Part shown: piece by piece, positions 17,481 to 26,068 of the stretch | How positions within the stretch are numbered: the first letter of the stretch is position 1 | How the letters are laid out: each line of letters opens with the position of its first letter | Virus record (IMG/VR): IMGVR_UViG_3300020457_000007 | Coordinates: 1-64,000 of that record | DNA from: a virus | Taxonomy: Duplodnaviria; Caudoviricetes | DNA: 64,000 nucleotides | Strand: one strand, 5' to 3' | Translations under genes and position numbers: made by a program | Notes under the pieces: model-generated | The model's input: only the letters and a program-made list of their open reading frames with translations | Told to the model about the DNA's origin: nothing | Database searches by the model: none

Positions 17481-19144
17481 TAGATGTAAGGCATCATATA
17501 ATCTACTTCGTACTGTTTAGTACCATATTCATCTAGCTGCCATACATTACCATCCTCATCTACTATAGTCTCTTCATCTAATCCTGTCTCTATGAATCCG
17601 AACGGAGCCATATCTTGTTCCATTTCATTCTTACGTTCATCATAGATCTTCTTACGAACGTCAAGGTCTGTTAGTTCCCTGAAGAAATCCTGAAGTACCA
17701 TCCAAGAGAATATGACGTGACACATTACTAGGTCATCGTGATACCCTTCATCTGCTTCAAATGAATCTTTCTTCTGAACAAACGTAGTTAGTTCTGCGAT
17801 AGTGTCATAGTCATTGATAAGTAACTTATCCTCTTCTATGAGTGCCTTAAGGTTAGAGCATCCTTGCTTCTTAACCGTCTTAGACATCTTGACACCTAAC
17901 TGTGCTTTACCACCAGAGAAACCAGATCCCATAACCTGACCAGCTCTACCACGCATAGCACACATCAATAGATTAGGATACTCCAGATCAAACTGAAGAA
18001 TAGAAGCAACCTGATCTCCTATATCATTCACCTCTATCATTATATTTGCATTATTATAATTCCTTGCAGTGTCATATATGACATTAGGAAATAGTATAGG
18101 TTTGATTTCATTGTTCCTATACTTACCTACTAATCTATACGGGAACTCTGTGATATCAAATATACAGAAGGCAGAGTAATCCTGTGCGGTTCCTCTAGCT
18201 ACGTCAACAGTAATAACATACTCGTGTTTATCTTTTCTCTGTTCATATAGATCTAATCCTTTATTCCTTACTATAGGAGTGTCGAATGATAGTGCTTTTA
18301 ACTTAGCAGGGTTGATAAGAGTATCCTGTGATCCTAAGAATTCGCACTCAAACTCCTGAGTGAACTGTCTTTGAGAAGTATTACGTATAGTCTGTTCCTT
18401 CCACTTAGCATCTCTACCAGGAACCTGAGACCAATGTACTTCGTGATTTACATATTCGTTTCTACCTTTGAGGGAGTCCTCCCACATCTTGTAGAACATA
18501 TTCATCCCGTTAGGGGTGGATATGATAATTACTTTTGATTTCTTACCTGAACTAATCGTCGGATAAACGGAACTAAAAAACTGATCGCATATATGGTTGG
18601 GGATAAATGCAAACTCATCAAGGAAGACAATATTGAAAGACATACCACGGACAGCACTGGCACTGGTAGAAGCAGCAATAAGTTTCGATCCATTTTCTAA
18701 CTCCAGTGATCCTCTGTTCCAAGCAACGATACCTTGTTGCATCCAACGTGGTAAATTCTCATAAGATAATTGGAGACGACTGAGCATTTCCCTAGCCGTC
18801 GCAGCTTTGTTTGCAAGAATTGCTACGTTTACATTAGCATTAAACAGTGCGTAATGCAACAGGTAGGTCGTAACGATAGTAGACTTACCAGACTGACGAG
18901 GCAATTTTGCTATATTAAATCTGTTCGTATGGAACTTATGCATCATCTCCTTCTGGAAATCATACATCTTAAAGTCCATCAAACCTTCGTCTATATTAAC
19001 AATCTTCAAATACCTTTCAGTGAAGTAGACAGGATTGTCCCTACACTTAATATACTCGGCAATTTGCTTCTTAGTAAAGTTCTGCTGAGTATTTGCTTTT
19101 TTTAAATTGGGGTTACCAAGATATATGTCAGTAGCTGCTCCCAT
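17480..19144 (-). CDS. gp17: Terminase large subunit
   Basis: YLGNPNLKK, Walker A PRQSGKS, Walker B VFLDEFAF, ISTPNG, nuclease motifs VDVARG and DDLVM. Confidence 0.99.
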   Translation of the reverse strand: MGAATDIYLGNPNLKKANTQQNFTKKQIAEYIKCRDNPVYFTERYLKIVNIDEGLMDFKMYDFQKEMMHKFHTNRFNIAKLPRQSGKSTIVTTYLLHYALFNANVNVAILANKAATAREMLSRLQLSYENLPRWMQQGIVAWNRGSLELENGSKLIAASTSASAVRGMSFNIVFLDEFAFIPNHICDQFFSSVYPTISSGKKSKVIIISTPNGMNMFYKMWEDSLKGRNEYVNHEVHWSQVPGRDAKWKEQTIRNTSQRQFTQEFECEFLGSQDTLINPAKLKALSFDTPIVRNKGLDLYEQRKDKHEYVITVDVARGTAQDYSAFCIFDITEFPYRLVGKYRNNEIKPILFPNVIYDTARNYNNANIMIEVNDIGDQVASILQFDLEYPNLLMCAMRGRAGQVMGSGFSGGKAQLGVKMSKTVKKQGCSNLKALIEEDKLLINDYDTIAELTTFVQKKDSFEADEGYHDDLVMCHVIFSWMVLQDFFRELTDLDVRKKIYDERKNEMEQDMAPFGFIETGLDEETIVDEDGNVWQLDEYGTKQYEVDYMMPYI

Positions 19145-19470
19145 TATCTCCTCACCACAATGTCACCATCACCATCATCTTCCTCATTCAACTCTTTGAT
19201 CCTATCCTTAAGTGATTTGTTAAGTGGATCTCCAAGGTTATGAAGTTCTGGTGAGTCAAGTTTAAATCTATGATGATCATCTCTGACTTCTTTGAAGTTG
19301 ACAACCAATAACTCATCACCCTCTTTGACATCTGCCATCTCTGGGTGTCTAAGAGGTTTACGATTTAGATCTTTTTCATTTTGTTCCATAGCTCTATAAC
19401 CAACAGACATTAATCGAAATGCTTGTATCAATAAGTAGAATGAAAATCCATAGAATAAAATAGGAATCAT
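19144..19470 (-). CDS. Hypothetical membrane-anchored protein (RHPEM...GDELLVV motif)
   Basis: N-terminal hydrophobic helix; coupled to gp17. Confidence 0.75.
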   Translation of the reverse strand: MIPILFYGFSFYLLIQAFRLMSVGYRAMEQNEKDLNRKPLRHPEMADVKEGDELLVVNFKEVRDDHHRFKLDSPELHNLGDPLNKSLKDRIKELNEEDDGDGDIVVRR

Positions 19471-19625
19471 TCGCTCAATACTTGAGGTGCCTCTACGTGC
19501 TCTTTCTTGAGAAGACGTTCCTTAGCACGCATCTCTTCTTCCTCTAACATCTCTTCCATCATTCCCCAAGAGTTAGTTGCACAACGTACTTGTGATACAC
19601 GCTCATTACTTCTTAGAATTTCCAT
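19467..19625 (-). CDS. Small hypothetical protein, 52 aa (MEILRSNERVSQVRCATNSWGMMEEM...)
   Basis: Manual translation; start and stop both overlap neighbours. Confidence 0.55.
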   Translation of the reverse strand: MEILRSNERVSQVRCATNSWGMMEEMLEEEEMRAKERLLKKEHVEAPQVLSE

Positions 19626-20089
19626 TACTCCTCCAGAGTTCCGTGTTGTCTACGAATTTCACGTAGTGCTTCGAGGTTCATATCCTTTGTACCCCCATCA
19701 TAAGCGTGGGCGTAACCCTCGTCAATCATCTGTTCATTTAAAGAAACTTCGGAGTCATCAATATATAACCAACCAAGAAGACGACCGTACTTACCAACGC
19801 CACCAACAAGCTCAGTACGAACACTAAGTTCGCCGTCCCCGTTAATAGTGCTTTCAAGTTTTTCTTTAAGCCAGTTTGTCGCATCGATACCGAGTGCTTT
19901 TTCCTCTAAATTACGAGTCCTTTTCTCAGGCGTATCAACGCCAGCTACCCGAACCCGTTCTTTTTTATATAGGTCAAACCCTAGGTCTATAGTAACATCT
20001 ATTGTATCTCCGTCCAATACTCTATTAATCTCTGTCACTCGAAAGTTGTAACAACTCTTTCGACTTGGAGGTATCATCGCTCCCATCAT
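19625..20089 (-). CDS. Thermonuclease (SNase-like) endonuclease
   Basis: VLDGDTIDV, RVRVAGVDTPE, KYGRLLG, SLNEQMIDEGYA motifs. Confidence 0.9.
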   Translation of the reverse strand: MMGAMIPPSRKSCYNFRVTEINRVLDGDTIDVTIDLGFDLYKKERVRVAGVDTPEKRTRNLEEKALGIDATNWLKEKLESTINGDGELSVRTELVGGVGKYGRLLGWLYIDDSEVSLNEQMIDEGYAHAYDGGTKDMNLEALREIRRQHGTLEE

Positions 20090-20186
20090 TCATCTCCGCA
20101 TAAGACATACGTAGTATATAGTAGATATACCAAGATACTATTACGAGCAGTATAGCTACTAATATAATGACTGACCAGACTACCAT
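20025..20186 (-). CDS. Small single-pass membrane protein, 53 aa (MVVWSVIILVAILLVIVSWYIYYIL...)
   Basis: Manual translation; coupled to the upstream stop. Confidence 0.55.
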   Translation of the reverse strand: MVVWSVIILVAILLVIVSWYIYYILRMSYAEMNDGSDDTSKSKELLQLSSDRD

Positions 20187-20485
20187 TAGTCTCTCTGTCT
20201 CCAGTCATCAGAACGTTCTTGATGGAACCAATCCACCACCTCTTCTGGTGATCCGAAACCCCTTATGTGTTGAGTTGAGTCGGGGTCTCCTAAATTCAAC
20301 TCATTCAGAAAAGAATCCGTTGGATCCTGTGCCATCTTTCGTGCAGTATTTAACATACCTCTAGCAGAAGTATTCGATTTAGCAAGTTTCTGAGCCCATA
20401 TCATATCACCCATACTTACTTCTACTCCAGCAGCAATATCTTTGCATATTGCTGCCATCCTTAATCGATACTGTGTTGATAACAT
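20186..20485 (-). CDS. Conserved cyanophage/cyanobacterial hypothetical protein (MLSTQYRLR...)
   Basis: 99-aa ORF ending DDWRQRD. Confidence 0.8.
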   Translation of the reverse strand: MLSTQYRLRMAAICKDIAAGVEVSMGDMIWAQKLAKSNTSARGMLNTARKMAQDPTDSFLNELNLGDPDSTQHIRGFGSPEEVVDWFHQERSDDWRQRD

Positions 20486-20511
20486 ATAGTAATCGGTGTA
20501 ATTAATTTAAT

Positions 20512-20643
20512 TTATAACACCATAGGTGGTGTCATATATGCTGTTGAAGCTAACTTGATAGCTATGCATAGAGAGCAGCTCATAAAAGTAAGTCTGCTCA
20601 TCCACCACATTATCTCGTGCTTGTTTTTTGTGATAGTAGTCAT
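20512..20643 (-). CDS. Small hydrophobic protein, 43 aa (MTTITKNKHEIMWWMSRLTFMSCSLCIAIKLA...)
   Basis: Manual translation; ATGA overlap with the upstream ORF. Confidence 0.5.
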   Translation of the reverse strand: MTTITKNKHEIMWWMSRLTFMSCSLCIAIKLASTAYMTPPMVL

Positions 20644-20852
20644 CTTCCCATAGGTACTCCAGAGGACATTGCATTAAAAAGATAATCCAGTGCAGTTTCA
20701 TTTGTGCACCTATCCAAATAAGAAGGATGCTCCTTAAGAAAAGGAACATCCTCTTTTGCGTGCTCTATAGCCTCGTATGCAGATTCTGCGTATTCGCAGA
20801 TCTCGAAAGTCTTTTTATCGGTATCGTGATAACCGATGGTGTAGTGTGACAT
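20640..20852 (-). CDS. Hypothetical protein (MSHYTIGYHD...EICEYA...EDVPFL)
   Basis: 70-aa ORF in operon context. Confidence 0.75.
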   Translation of the reverse strand: MSHYTIGYHDTDKKTFEICEYAESAYEAIEHAKEDVPFLKEHPSYLDRCTNETALDYLFNAMSSGVPMGR

Positions 20853-20887
20853 TACGATTTTTCGGGTGTCACTACTAATTATAACAA

Positions 20888-21148
20888 CTACTTATCTCTT
20901 GGCGAGTGACCGTGAGCAATTCCTAACTCGTGCATCTTTGCGTGTTCATCAATCTGATCTCTCAGGTCTTTCTTGCCTGGTCCGAAAGTGTTGTATAACC
21001 CCACCCCTACTAGAGTTAGAAGGAATAATCCTATGAATAGAATAAACCCTTGATCAGGTGACAGGTTTAAATGGTTGATTAAAGGTGTCTTACACTCAGT
21101 CCAAGTACCAGGTAAGTGGTACACAGGAGGACAGGATAAAAAAATCAT
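20888..21148 (-). CDS. psbN: PsbN-like photosystem II assembly protein
   Basis: TM helix followed by GLYNTFGPGKKDLRDQIDEH, resembling PsbN (Y/W)TxFGPxxxxLxDP(F/W)DDH. ATG 21148 preferred; ORF track gives 21166. Confidence 0.65.
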   Translation of the reverse strand: MIFLSCPPVYHLPGTWTECKTPLINHLNLSPDQGFILFIGLFLLTLVGVGLYNTFGPGKKDLRDQIDEHAKMHELGIAHGHSPRDK

Positions 21149-21149
21149 A

Positions 21150-21560
21150 CTAAGTTCCTTGGCCAATTTTGTCTATGAATATTATAGCAGTATATGGGTG
21201 TCCATTGCTAGATGTTGTTATCTCTATAGGACCAACAGCTGTATCTTCCAGTACACCAGAACCAGCAAGGTTCATTTCTCCACATCCACCAAGGATGATT
21301 ACAGTGGTACCACCACGTCCTACCTTAACGTGCTTACCTCCATCTTGAGGCATTGAGTAAATAATTTTTGCGATGTCCAATTTAGTTGGAACCTGTGTAC
21401 GGGTTGCTCTACCCTTACTACCAGCAGAACCAAACTCAGGAACACCTGATTCGACCACTACGTCATATGATAAATCCGCAAGATCTATCGTAGTAGCATC
21501 TTCGGACGTAATCTTCACGACCGCTTGACGTTGGTTATTTTTGAGAACGACTTTTGACAT
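21150..21560 (-). CDS. Hypothetical beta-rich protein, late-expressed
   Basis: 136-aa ORF with CTAAATA at 21577-21583 upstream. Confidence 0.75.
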   Translation of the reverse strand: MSKVVLKNNQRQAVVKITSEDATTIDLADLSYDVVVESGVPEFGSAGSKGRATRTQVPTKLDIAKIIYSMPQDGGKHVKVGRGGTTVIILGGCGEMNLAGSGVLEDTAVGPIEITTSSNGHPYTAIIFIDKIGQGT

Positions 21561-21575
21561 AGCTAGTCTTTTTGT

Positions 21576-21725
21576 TTATTTAGATTTAGACGACCATTTT
21601 TTCTTGGAGAATGCTCCGTCTTTAACTCCGTAAGATCTCTTTGTATCTTTGGATACCTTTTCCGCAATCGGTGTCATCCGACCTGATTCTTCGAGATCCT
21701 TTAGTATCGCTTTAAAGGGACGCAT
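21576..21725 (-). CDS. Small basic hypothetical protein, 49 aa (MRPFKAILKDLEESGRMTPIAEK...)
   Basis: Manual translation; CATAAATA late promoter at 21751-21758 upstream. Confidence 0.55.
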   Translation of the reverse strand: MRPFKAILKDLEESGRMTPIAEKVSKDTKRSYGVKDGAFSKKKWSSKSK

Positions 21726-21750
21726 TTCTGAAAATAATCCGCACTTAATC

Positions 21751-21767
21751 TATTTATGCTATAAATA
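21751..21767. promoter_or_regulatory. Back-to-back late promoters (CATAAATA minus; TATAAATA plus)
   Basis: tatttatg at 21751-21758 and tataaata at 21760-21767, at the strand switch. Confidence 0.7.
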
Positions 21768-21791
21768 AATGTAGGGTATGGAACAAAAACT

Positions 21792-22283
21792 GTGAAAAAG
21801 ATTTTACTCATATTAGGAATATTTGCACTAGGTGGACAAGCTGCTCGTGCAGATATTACTTCACGTATGACTTCTAGCGTACAGCTAACAGTCAACGCAG
21901 CTGCAACACAGATGCAAAGAGTTGGAAATTCTTATAGCATCTCTGGTAATAACGTGGACACAACTGATGGTACGACGGCTAACACGATTAGTGCGGGTGC
22001 TATAAGTAGTGGTGTCTATGGTCCTGGAACTATTTCAGTAGTACAGGATGACCCAGGTGAGGCGTTTAGCTTCTCAACTTCATTCATTCAAGGTGATGCA
22101 ATAGATACAAGTGGACCTAACGTCGGTGATGTTTCGGCATACTCGAACCAATTATCTACTGCTGCTGGAAGTGCGGGATCCCTTGCAGGAACTGTAACTT
22201 CGCAAGGTGCCTTGACGGTAACAGCTGGTGGAGCTGGAACTACAGCTACTGGACAGTTTGTTACAGAGCTCCAGATCGACTAG
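21792..22283 (+). CDS. Signal-peptide-bearing Ser/Thr/Gly-rich beta protein
   Basis: MKKILLILGIFALGGQAARA Sec-type leader; follows a late promoter. Confidence 0.85.
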   Translation: MKKILLILGIFALGGQAARADITSRMTSSVQLTVNAAATQMQRVGNSYSISGNNVDTTDGTTANTISAGAISSGVYGPGTISVVQDDPGEAFSFSTSFIQGDAIDTSGPNVGDVSAYSNQLSTAAGSAGSLAGTVTSQGALTVTAGGAGTTATGQFVTELQID

Positions 22284-22304
22284 TGAAGTGGAGGTTTTGG
22301 CAAA

Positions 22305-22787
22305 ATGAAGAAGAGGATTGCCCAATATGTGACTGCTGTGGTAAGTGCAAGTGTCGTTGCTGCACCTGTCCTGGCGGTCCCAGTGGTCCCCAACTTCCAA
22401 CAGGGCTCGATGACGAGTCATACCGAGACTGAAAGCACAGTCACGGAGACAATAAATTCAATTGATTATCGTACAGGATGGGAATACTCAGTGACAGGGG
22501 TAGGCGTGGACAACAATGGCGAAGCCCTCAACCCCCCAGTGAACAACTCAACAGTGACACTCTCACCAACCGTGGGAACAGGAGAAGGAGCTATAACGGG
22601 AAGTGTAACTTCTTCGTTCGATGCTATAGACTTCTCAGCACAAAACAACTTCACAATCCACGAGCCTGGGGGAGCGTTTCAATTTACCCAGACATATCAA
22701 GGACCAGGGATGACCAACCAGACAATAATACAAAGATTAACCACCGTAAAGTCAGTCACCGACACAACAAGTACATTTACGCAATAG
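22305..22787 (+). CDS. Signal-peptide-bearing hypothetical protein (AVPVVPNFQQGSMTS...)
   Basis: GGAGG RBS; basic-hydrophobic leader ending PVLA. Confidence 0.85.
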   Translation: MKKRIAQYVTAVVSASVVAAPVLAVPVVPNFQQGSMTSHTETESTVTETINSIDYRTGWEYSVTGVGVDNNGEALNPPVNNSTVTLSPTVGTGEGAITGSVTSSFDAIDFSAQNNFTIHEPGGAFQFTQTYQGPGMTNQTIIQRLTTVKSVTDTTSTFTQ

Positions 22788-23806
22788 CGACTATAGGTAG
22801 TCTTTTATCTCCTAACGTCGCATTAGCAGAAGGTGTTGGTGGTGTATCTGCTACTGCTAATCCTATAGCCAACTCTTCTGGCTCAGTGACCAACCAGGCA
22901 ATACAGGTTTTACAAGGTCCGTACGTAACTAACACCTACGGTGGAGGGGTATCTTGTCAAGGTACGACTCTCAATATGACACCTTATGTGCAGTTTGCAG
23001 ATTCAAGGAAAGATCCTTGGGAAGATTTTTATAACGAACCGCAATATAACCTAACAGATATAGATGGAAGAACAGTAAAACAAACCGTTACTGTTAAGAA
23101 CTATCCTTGGGAAACTTGGTATGATAATCGTACTAAGACAGATGGTACTAGATGGTTTGAAGATGGAGATGATATACAAATAGAAATAGATGTACCAGCT
23201 GGTGATGGAGTACCTGACATTGTAGCTGATGGTGGGGAAATGACCCCTACTTGGTTTAAACCAGTTAGAACAGATATGAGAGCGAATCAGAGTTTCAACG
23301 TAGGTATCTCTGCTACGCTTTCTATACCATTGAACAGAGGTATGCAACGTAAGTGTTCTGAAGCTGCAACAGCACAGATAGCATCTGTTCAACAGTTGAC
23401 TGCTAACAAGCGTTTAGACTTTGAATTAGCTAGACTTAAGAATTGTGGTGAACTCAAAAAAGCTGGTATAATGTTCCACCCTGCGTCTCCATACCACGCA
23501 GTATGTGCAGACGTTATGGTATCATCTCCTGGCAATAGAGTACTTCCACACGAACACGAAATACCACAACCTACTTGGACACAACCTTCTTCTGACCAAA
23601 CTTCAGAGGAGTCAAGTTCTTCTTCTCTCGATACTGATTTGTCCGAATCTCAGATTGAGTCGGATGGTACGGGGTCTTCCCAAGAAGTTTCTGAATCTTC
23701 GCAATCGTCTTCTTTATCACAGGCTTCACAACTTTCAATAACAGATCCGCAATGGGTTTTGCAAGTAGGGCAGACGTTGTTGCCACCGCAGCAATCGAAG
23801 CAGTAG
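22478..23806 (+). CDS. Hypothetical protein with signal-peptide-like segment; true start uncertain (probably near 22740-22770)
   Basis: Open frame. Protein-like sequence begins at KYIYAIATIGSLLSPNVALA-EGVGGVSATANPIANSSGSVTNQAIQVLQG; Cys residues in the C-terminal half. Confidence 0.8.
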   Translation: MGILSDRGRRGQQWRSPQPPSEQLNSDTLTNRGNRRRSYNGKCNFFVRCYRLLSTKQLHNPRAWGSVSIYPDISRTRDDQPDNNTKINHRKVSHRHNKYIYAIATIGSLLSPNVALAEGVGGVSATANPIANSSGSVTNQAIQVLQGPYVTNTYGGGVSCQGTTLNMTPYVQFADSRKDPWEDFYNEPQYNLTDIDGRTVKQTVTVKNYPWETWYDNRTKTDGTRWFEDGDDIQIEIDVPAGDGVPDIVADGGEMTPTWFKPVRTDMRANQSFNVGISATLSIPLNRGMQRKCSEAATAQIASVQQLTANKRLDFELARLKNCGELKKAGIMFHPASPYHAVCADVMVSSPGNRVLPHEHEIPQPTWTQPSSDQTSEESSSSSLDTDLSESQIESDGTGSSQEVSESSQSSSLSQASQLSITDPQWVLQVGQTLLPPQQSKQ

Positions 23807-24473
23807 TTGTTACTGTAGGTATAGATGGTAGAAATTGCTCTATTGTTGGAACAGGTTCCCATATGGTTTCACATATCTTACCATCAGGTGTCAGTTTATA
23901 TTCTTTAACTTTCTCTGTACCCTCCTGATTCAGGTCTCCAATGCGTCTTGCATTAATAGGAGGGCATTCTACCTCATCTTCTCCACCTCCTGTTGGAGGC
24001 GGTTCTGGAGTGTCTAGATCAGGAGCTGGTGGTGGATCACCTGTATCTACTCCACCTGCATCTGGTTCATCTTGCGTAATAGTTTGCCAAGTTAGTTCTC
24101 TATAATCATAGTCAGGTGGTTCATAATAAGGAGCACCTGCATCACACAATACTGTATTGCCTTTAGGGTCGTCATCGACCAGCATCTTATTTCTTGATCT
24201 CTGCTTTACATTCTCCTTGTGTACCTTTACACAACCAGGCATATTAACTATAGGAGTACCAGCTAGGACAGTTACAGGAACTGTTACTGGTATAGCTTGT
24301 GGTGGTTCTATTATCCACGCACGTGCATCAGCAATACCTCTAACACCTATACGATTAATTCCTGTCTCTTCTGCTTTGAGTGTCCCAATAAAACGAATTC
24401 CAGTACCGTTAACTTGAATGTTAGGGATACTGGAATTGCTTGTATTAGGAATAAATGGAATATTATTTTCCAC
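23571..24473 (-). CDS. Pro-rich, Cys-containing protein with C-terminal hydrophobic helix
   Basis: 300-aa ORF; PGCV, LCD, ECP and ICE cysteines; TTTASIAAVATTSALLA. Confidence 0.8.
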   Translation of the reverse strand: MENNIPFIPNTSNSSIPNIQVNGTGIRFIGTLKAEETGINRIGVRGIADARAWIIEPPQAIPVTVPVTVLAGTPIVNMPGCVKVHKENVKQRSRNKMLVDDDPKGNTVLCDAGAPYYEPPDYDYRELTWQTITQDEPDAGGVDTGDPPPAPDLDTPEPPPTGGGEDEVECPPINARRIGDLNQEGTEKVKEYKLTPDGKICETIWEPVPTIEQFLPSIPTVTTTASIAAVATTSALLAKPIADLLLKVVKPVIKKTIAKIQKLLGKTPYHPTQSEIRTNQYREKKNLTPLKFGQKKVVSK

Positions 24474-24729
24474 TTTGAGGTATCACCTGTTTGTAATTTT
24501 GAGTTGGTGGTTTTATTCCTTTCACAGGACCACTGGTTGATGGCCAAGCATTCACTAATTGTAGATATACTTCTTCTCTAACTACCTGTCTGATTGCTTC
24601 TATCTTTTCAGATTCTCTCTTCTGAGGACCACCAGTTTGTTGGTCGATGAGATGATTCCCACCGACCGTAGCACCAGTACCTATAACTGCTGCTGCTGTT
24701 ACTCCTGTAGTTACTTTTTGGAAGTCCAT
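24463..24729 (-). CDS. Small membrane-anchored protein
   Basis: N-terminal hydrophobic segment; coupled ORF. Confidence 0.75.
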   Translation of the reverse strand: MDFQKVTTGVTAAAVIGTGATVGGNHLIDQQTGGPQKRESEKIEAIRQVVREEVYLQLVNAWPSTSGPVKGIKPPTQNYKQVIPQSGK

Positions 24730-24995
24730 TACCTTGGACCAAATGCTTGATCTGGTGAGGGGGAAGGAGCGAGATCAGGAGCACCTAGATTTCCGAAGTC
24801 AGGATCCATTGGCATCTTTGGTACTGCACCACCTAGTGCACCACCACCTGCACCACCAAGTACTGAACCAAGTGCCTTCTCTTTAATGTCTTCTATGATG
24901 GCATCCTTTTGAGAATAAAGATAAAAACCACCACCAACAACGGCACCAGATACAACGAAAGACGTAATAGCAAGTACATTAATAATTTTTTGCAT
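24729..24995 (-). CDS. Small membrane-anchored protein with Gly/Pro tail
   Basis: MQKIINVLAITSFVVSGAVVGGGFYLY; CTAAATA at 25018-25024 upstream. Confidence 0.8.
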   Translation of the reverse strand: MQKIINVLAITSFVVSGAVVGGGFYLYSQKDAIIEDIKEKALGSVLGGAGGGALGGAVPKMPMDPDFGNLGAPDLAPSPSPDQAFGPR

Positions 24996-25024
24996 AATAA
25001 ATTTTAATACTCTGATCTATTTAG

Positions 25025-25645
25025 CTACTCTTCACAAGCGTCTGCAAAATCAGCAGCCATATTGCCACCGAGTTCAGCACCTTGGTTTCCACCAAACATT
25101 GCTACCCAACCAGCAGCCAACCATCCTACGAATGGTATACCTGATACAGCAGGTGCAGCAGCTGCTCCAACGCTAGTGCCTACAAGTCTTCCTGTTTGTT
25201 CTCCACCACCTACTGCCTTTATACAGGCTTCAGTTTTAGCAGTTACATTTCCATCTGCATCTGACTTACCTCCTGTAACAGCTAATGCAGCAGGGTCGAT
25301 CCAAGCACTCCGTGTGGATACAGGTCCACCGTGATGGAACGCACCGTCCATTGTGTACTGTGAAACTACTTTCTTATTCTCATTAGCGAGTCCAAGGAAC
25401 CCACCTTTCTCTTTAATTAATTCCTCTCTCCACATCACCTTAGGATCGTTAGCACGATATGCTACCTTATATCCTTCTTCGTTTGCTTCTATGTGGTAAG
25501 AAGAATAAGGTCCACTAGGTAAATTGAAATCAGGTAACTTACTATTATTTTTAGTAGAGAGCATTCCAATCATACCTATATGACTAATGCCTAGGAGACC
25601 GCCAGCTCCCAAAGCAAACCATTTTGTCCAGTTAATTTTTTCCAT
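25025..25645 (-). CDS. Membrane protein with C-terminal glycine-zipper hairpin
   Basis: N-terminal TM; GRLVGTSVGAAAA...IPFVGWLAAGWVAMFGGNQGAELGG flanked by two cysteines. Confidence 0.8.
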   Translation of the reverse strand: MEKINWTKWFALGAGGLLGISHIGMIGMLSTKNNSKLPDFNLPSGPYSSYHIEANEEGYKVAYRANDPKVMWREELIKEKGGFLGLANENKKVVSQYTMDGAFHHGGPVSTRSAWIDPAALAVTGGKSDADGNVTAKTEACIKAVGGGEQTGRLVGTSVGAAAAPAVSGIPFVGWLAAGWVAMFGGNQGAELGGNMAADFADACEE

Positions 25646-25660
25646 AATAACCTCAAAGTG

Positions 25661-26068
25661 TTATAACGTATATTTTTTGTCTGCGTCTTTAGGTGACTCA
25701 GCAATAATTTTTAATGGTGCTTGTTCTATAACAATAGTTTGTGTAGGACCGCCATTCTTTCCTACTCCATTACCATTGCCATTACCATTCATTTTCATTG
25801 TACCATCACCTTTCTTACTAGCTGTCTGAATTCCGAAGCTAGCTAGCACCCCAGTAAATACTGAAGCTATGAAAGTTGGGTCAATTTTTTGTTGCGGAAC
25901 TCCAGGAATTGCAACGTAATTTAAAGTCAATATACCCCCAGACCACACTAGTACACCCAATCTCACGAAAGTGGAGATTATGGCAGCCTGTTCATCTTCA
26001 TCTGGTAGTATCTTGTCTTTTAGTTTCTGAAGTGGCCCTTTTGTGTCCACTTTTTTATCATCAGCCAT
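25661..26068 (-). CDS. Two-TM membrane protein (holin-like topology, unproven)
   Basis: Hydrophobic segments VRLGVLVWSGGILTLNYV and FIASVFTGVLASFGI; charged termini. Confidence 0.75.
   Translation of the reverse strand: MADDKKVDTKGPLQKLKDKILPDEDEQAAIISTFVRLGVLVWSGGILTLNYVAIPGVPQQKIDPTFIASVFTGVLASFGIQTASKKGDGTMKMNGNGNGNGVGKNGGPTQTIVIEQAPLKIIAESPKDADKKYTL

Noticed and set aside
17480-19144. Possible intein or intron in gp17 (uvsW, gp20, gp23 and gp46 also considered)
   Set aside because: Lengths are normal, motifs are continuous, and no splice-junction signatures were seen.
21792-22787. Curli-like amyloid subunits
   Set aside because: The proteins are exported and S/T/G/Q-rich, but the regular QxGxxNxAxxxQ curlin repeats are absent.
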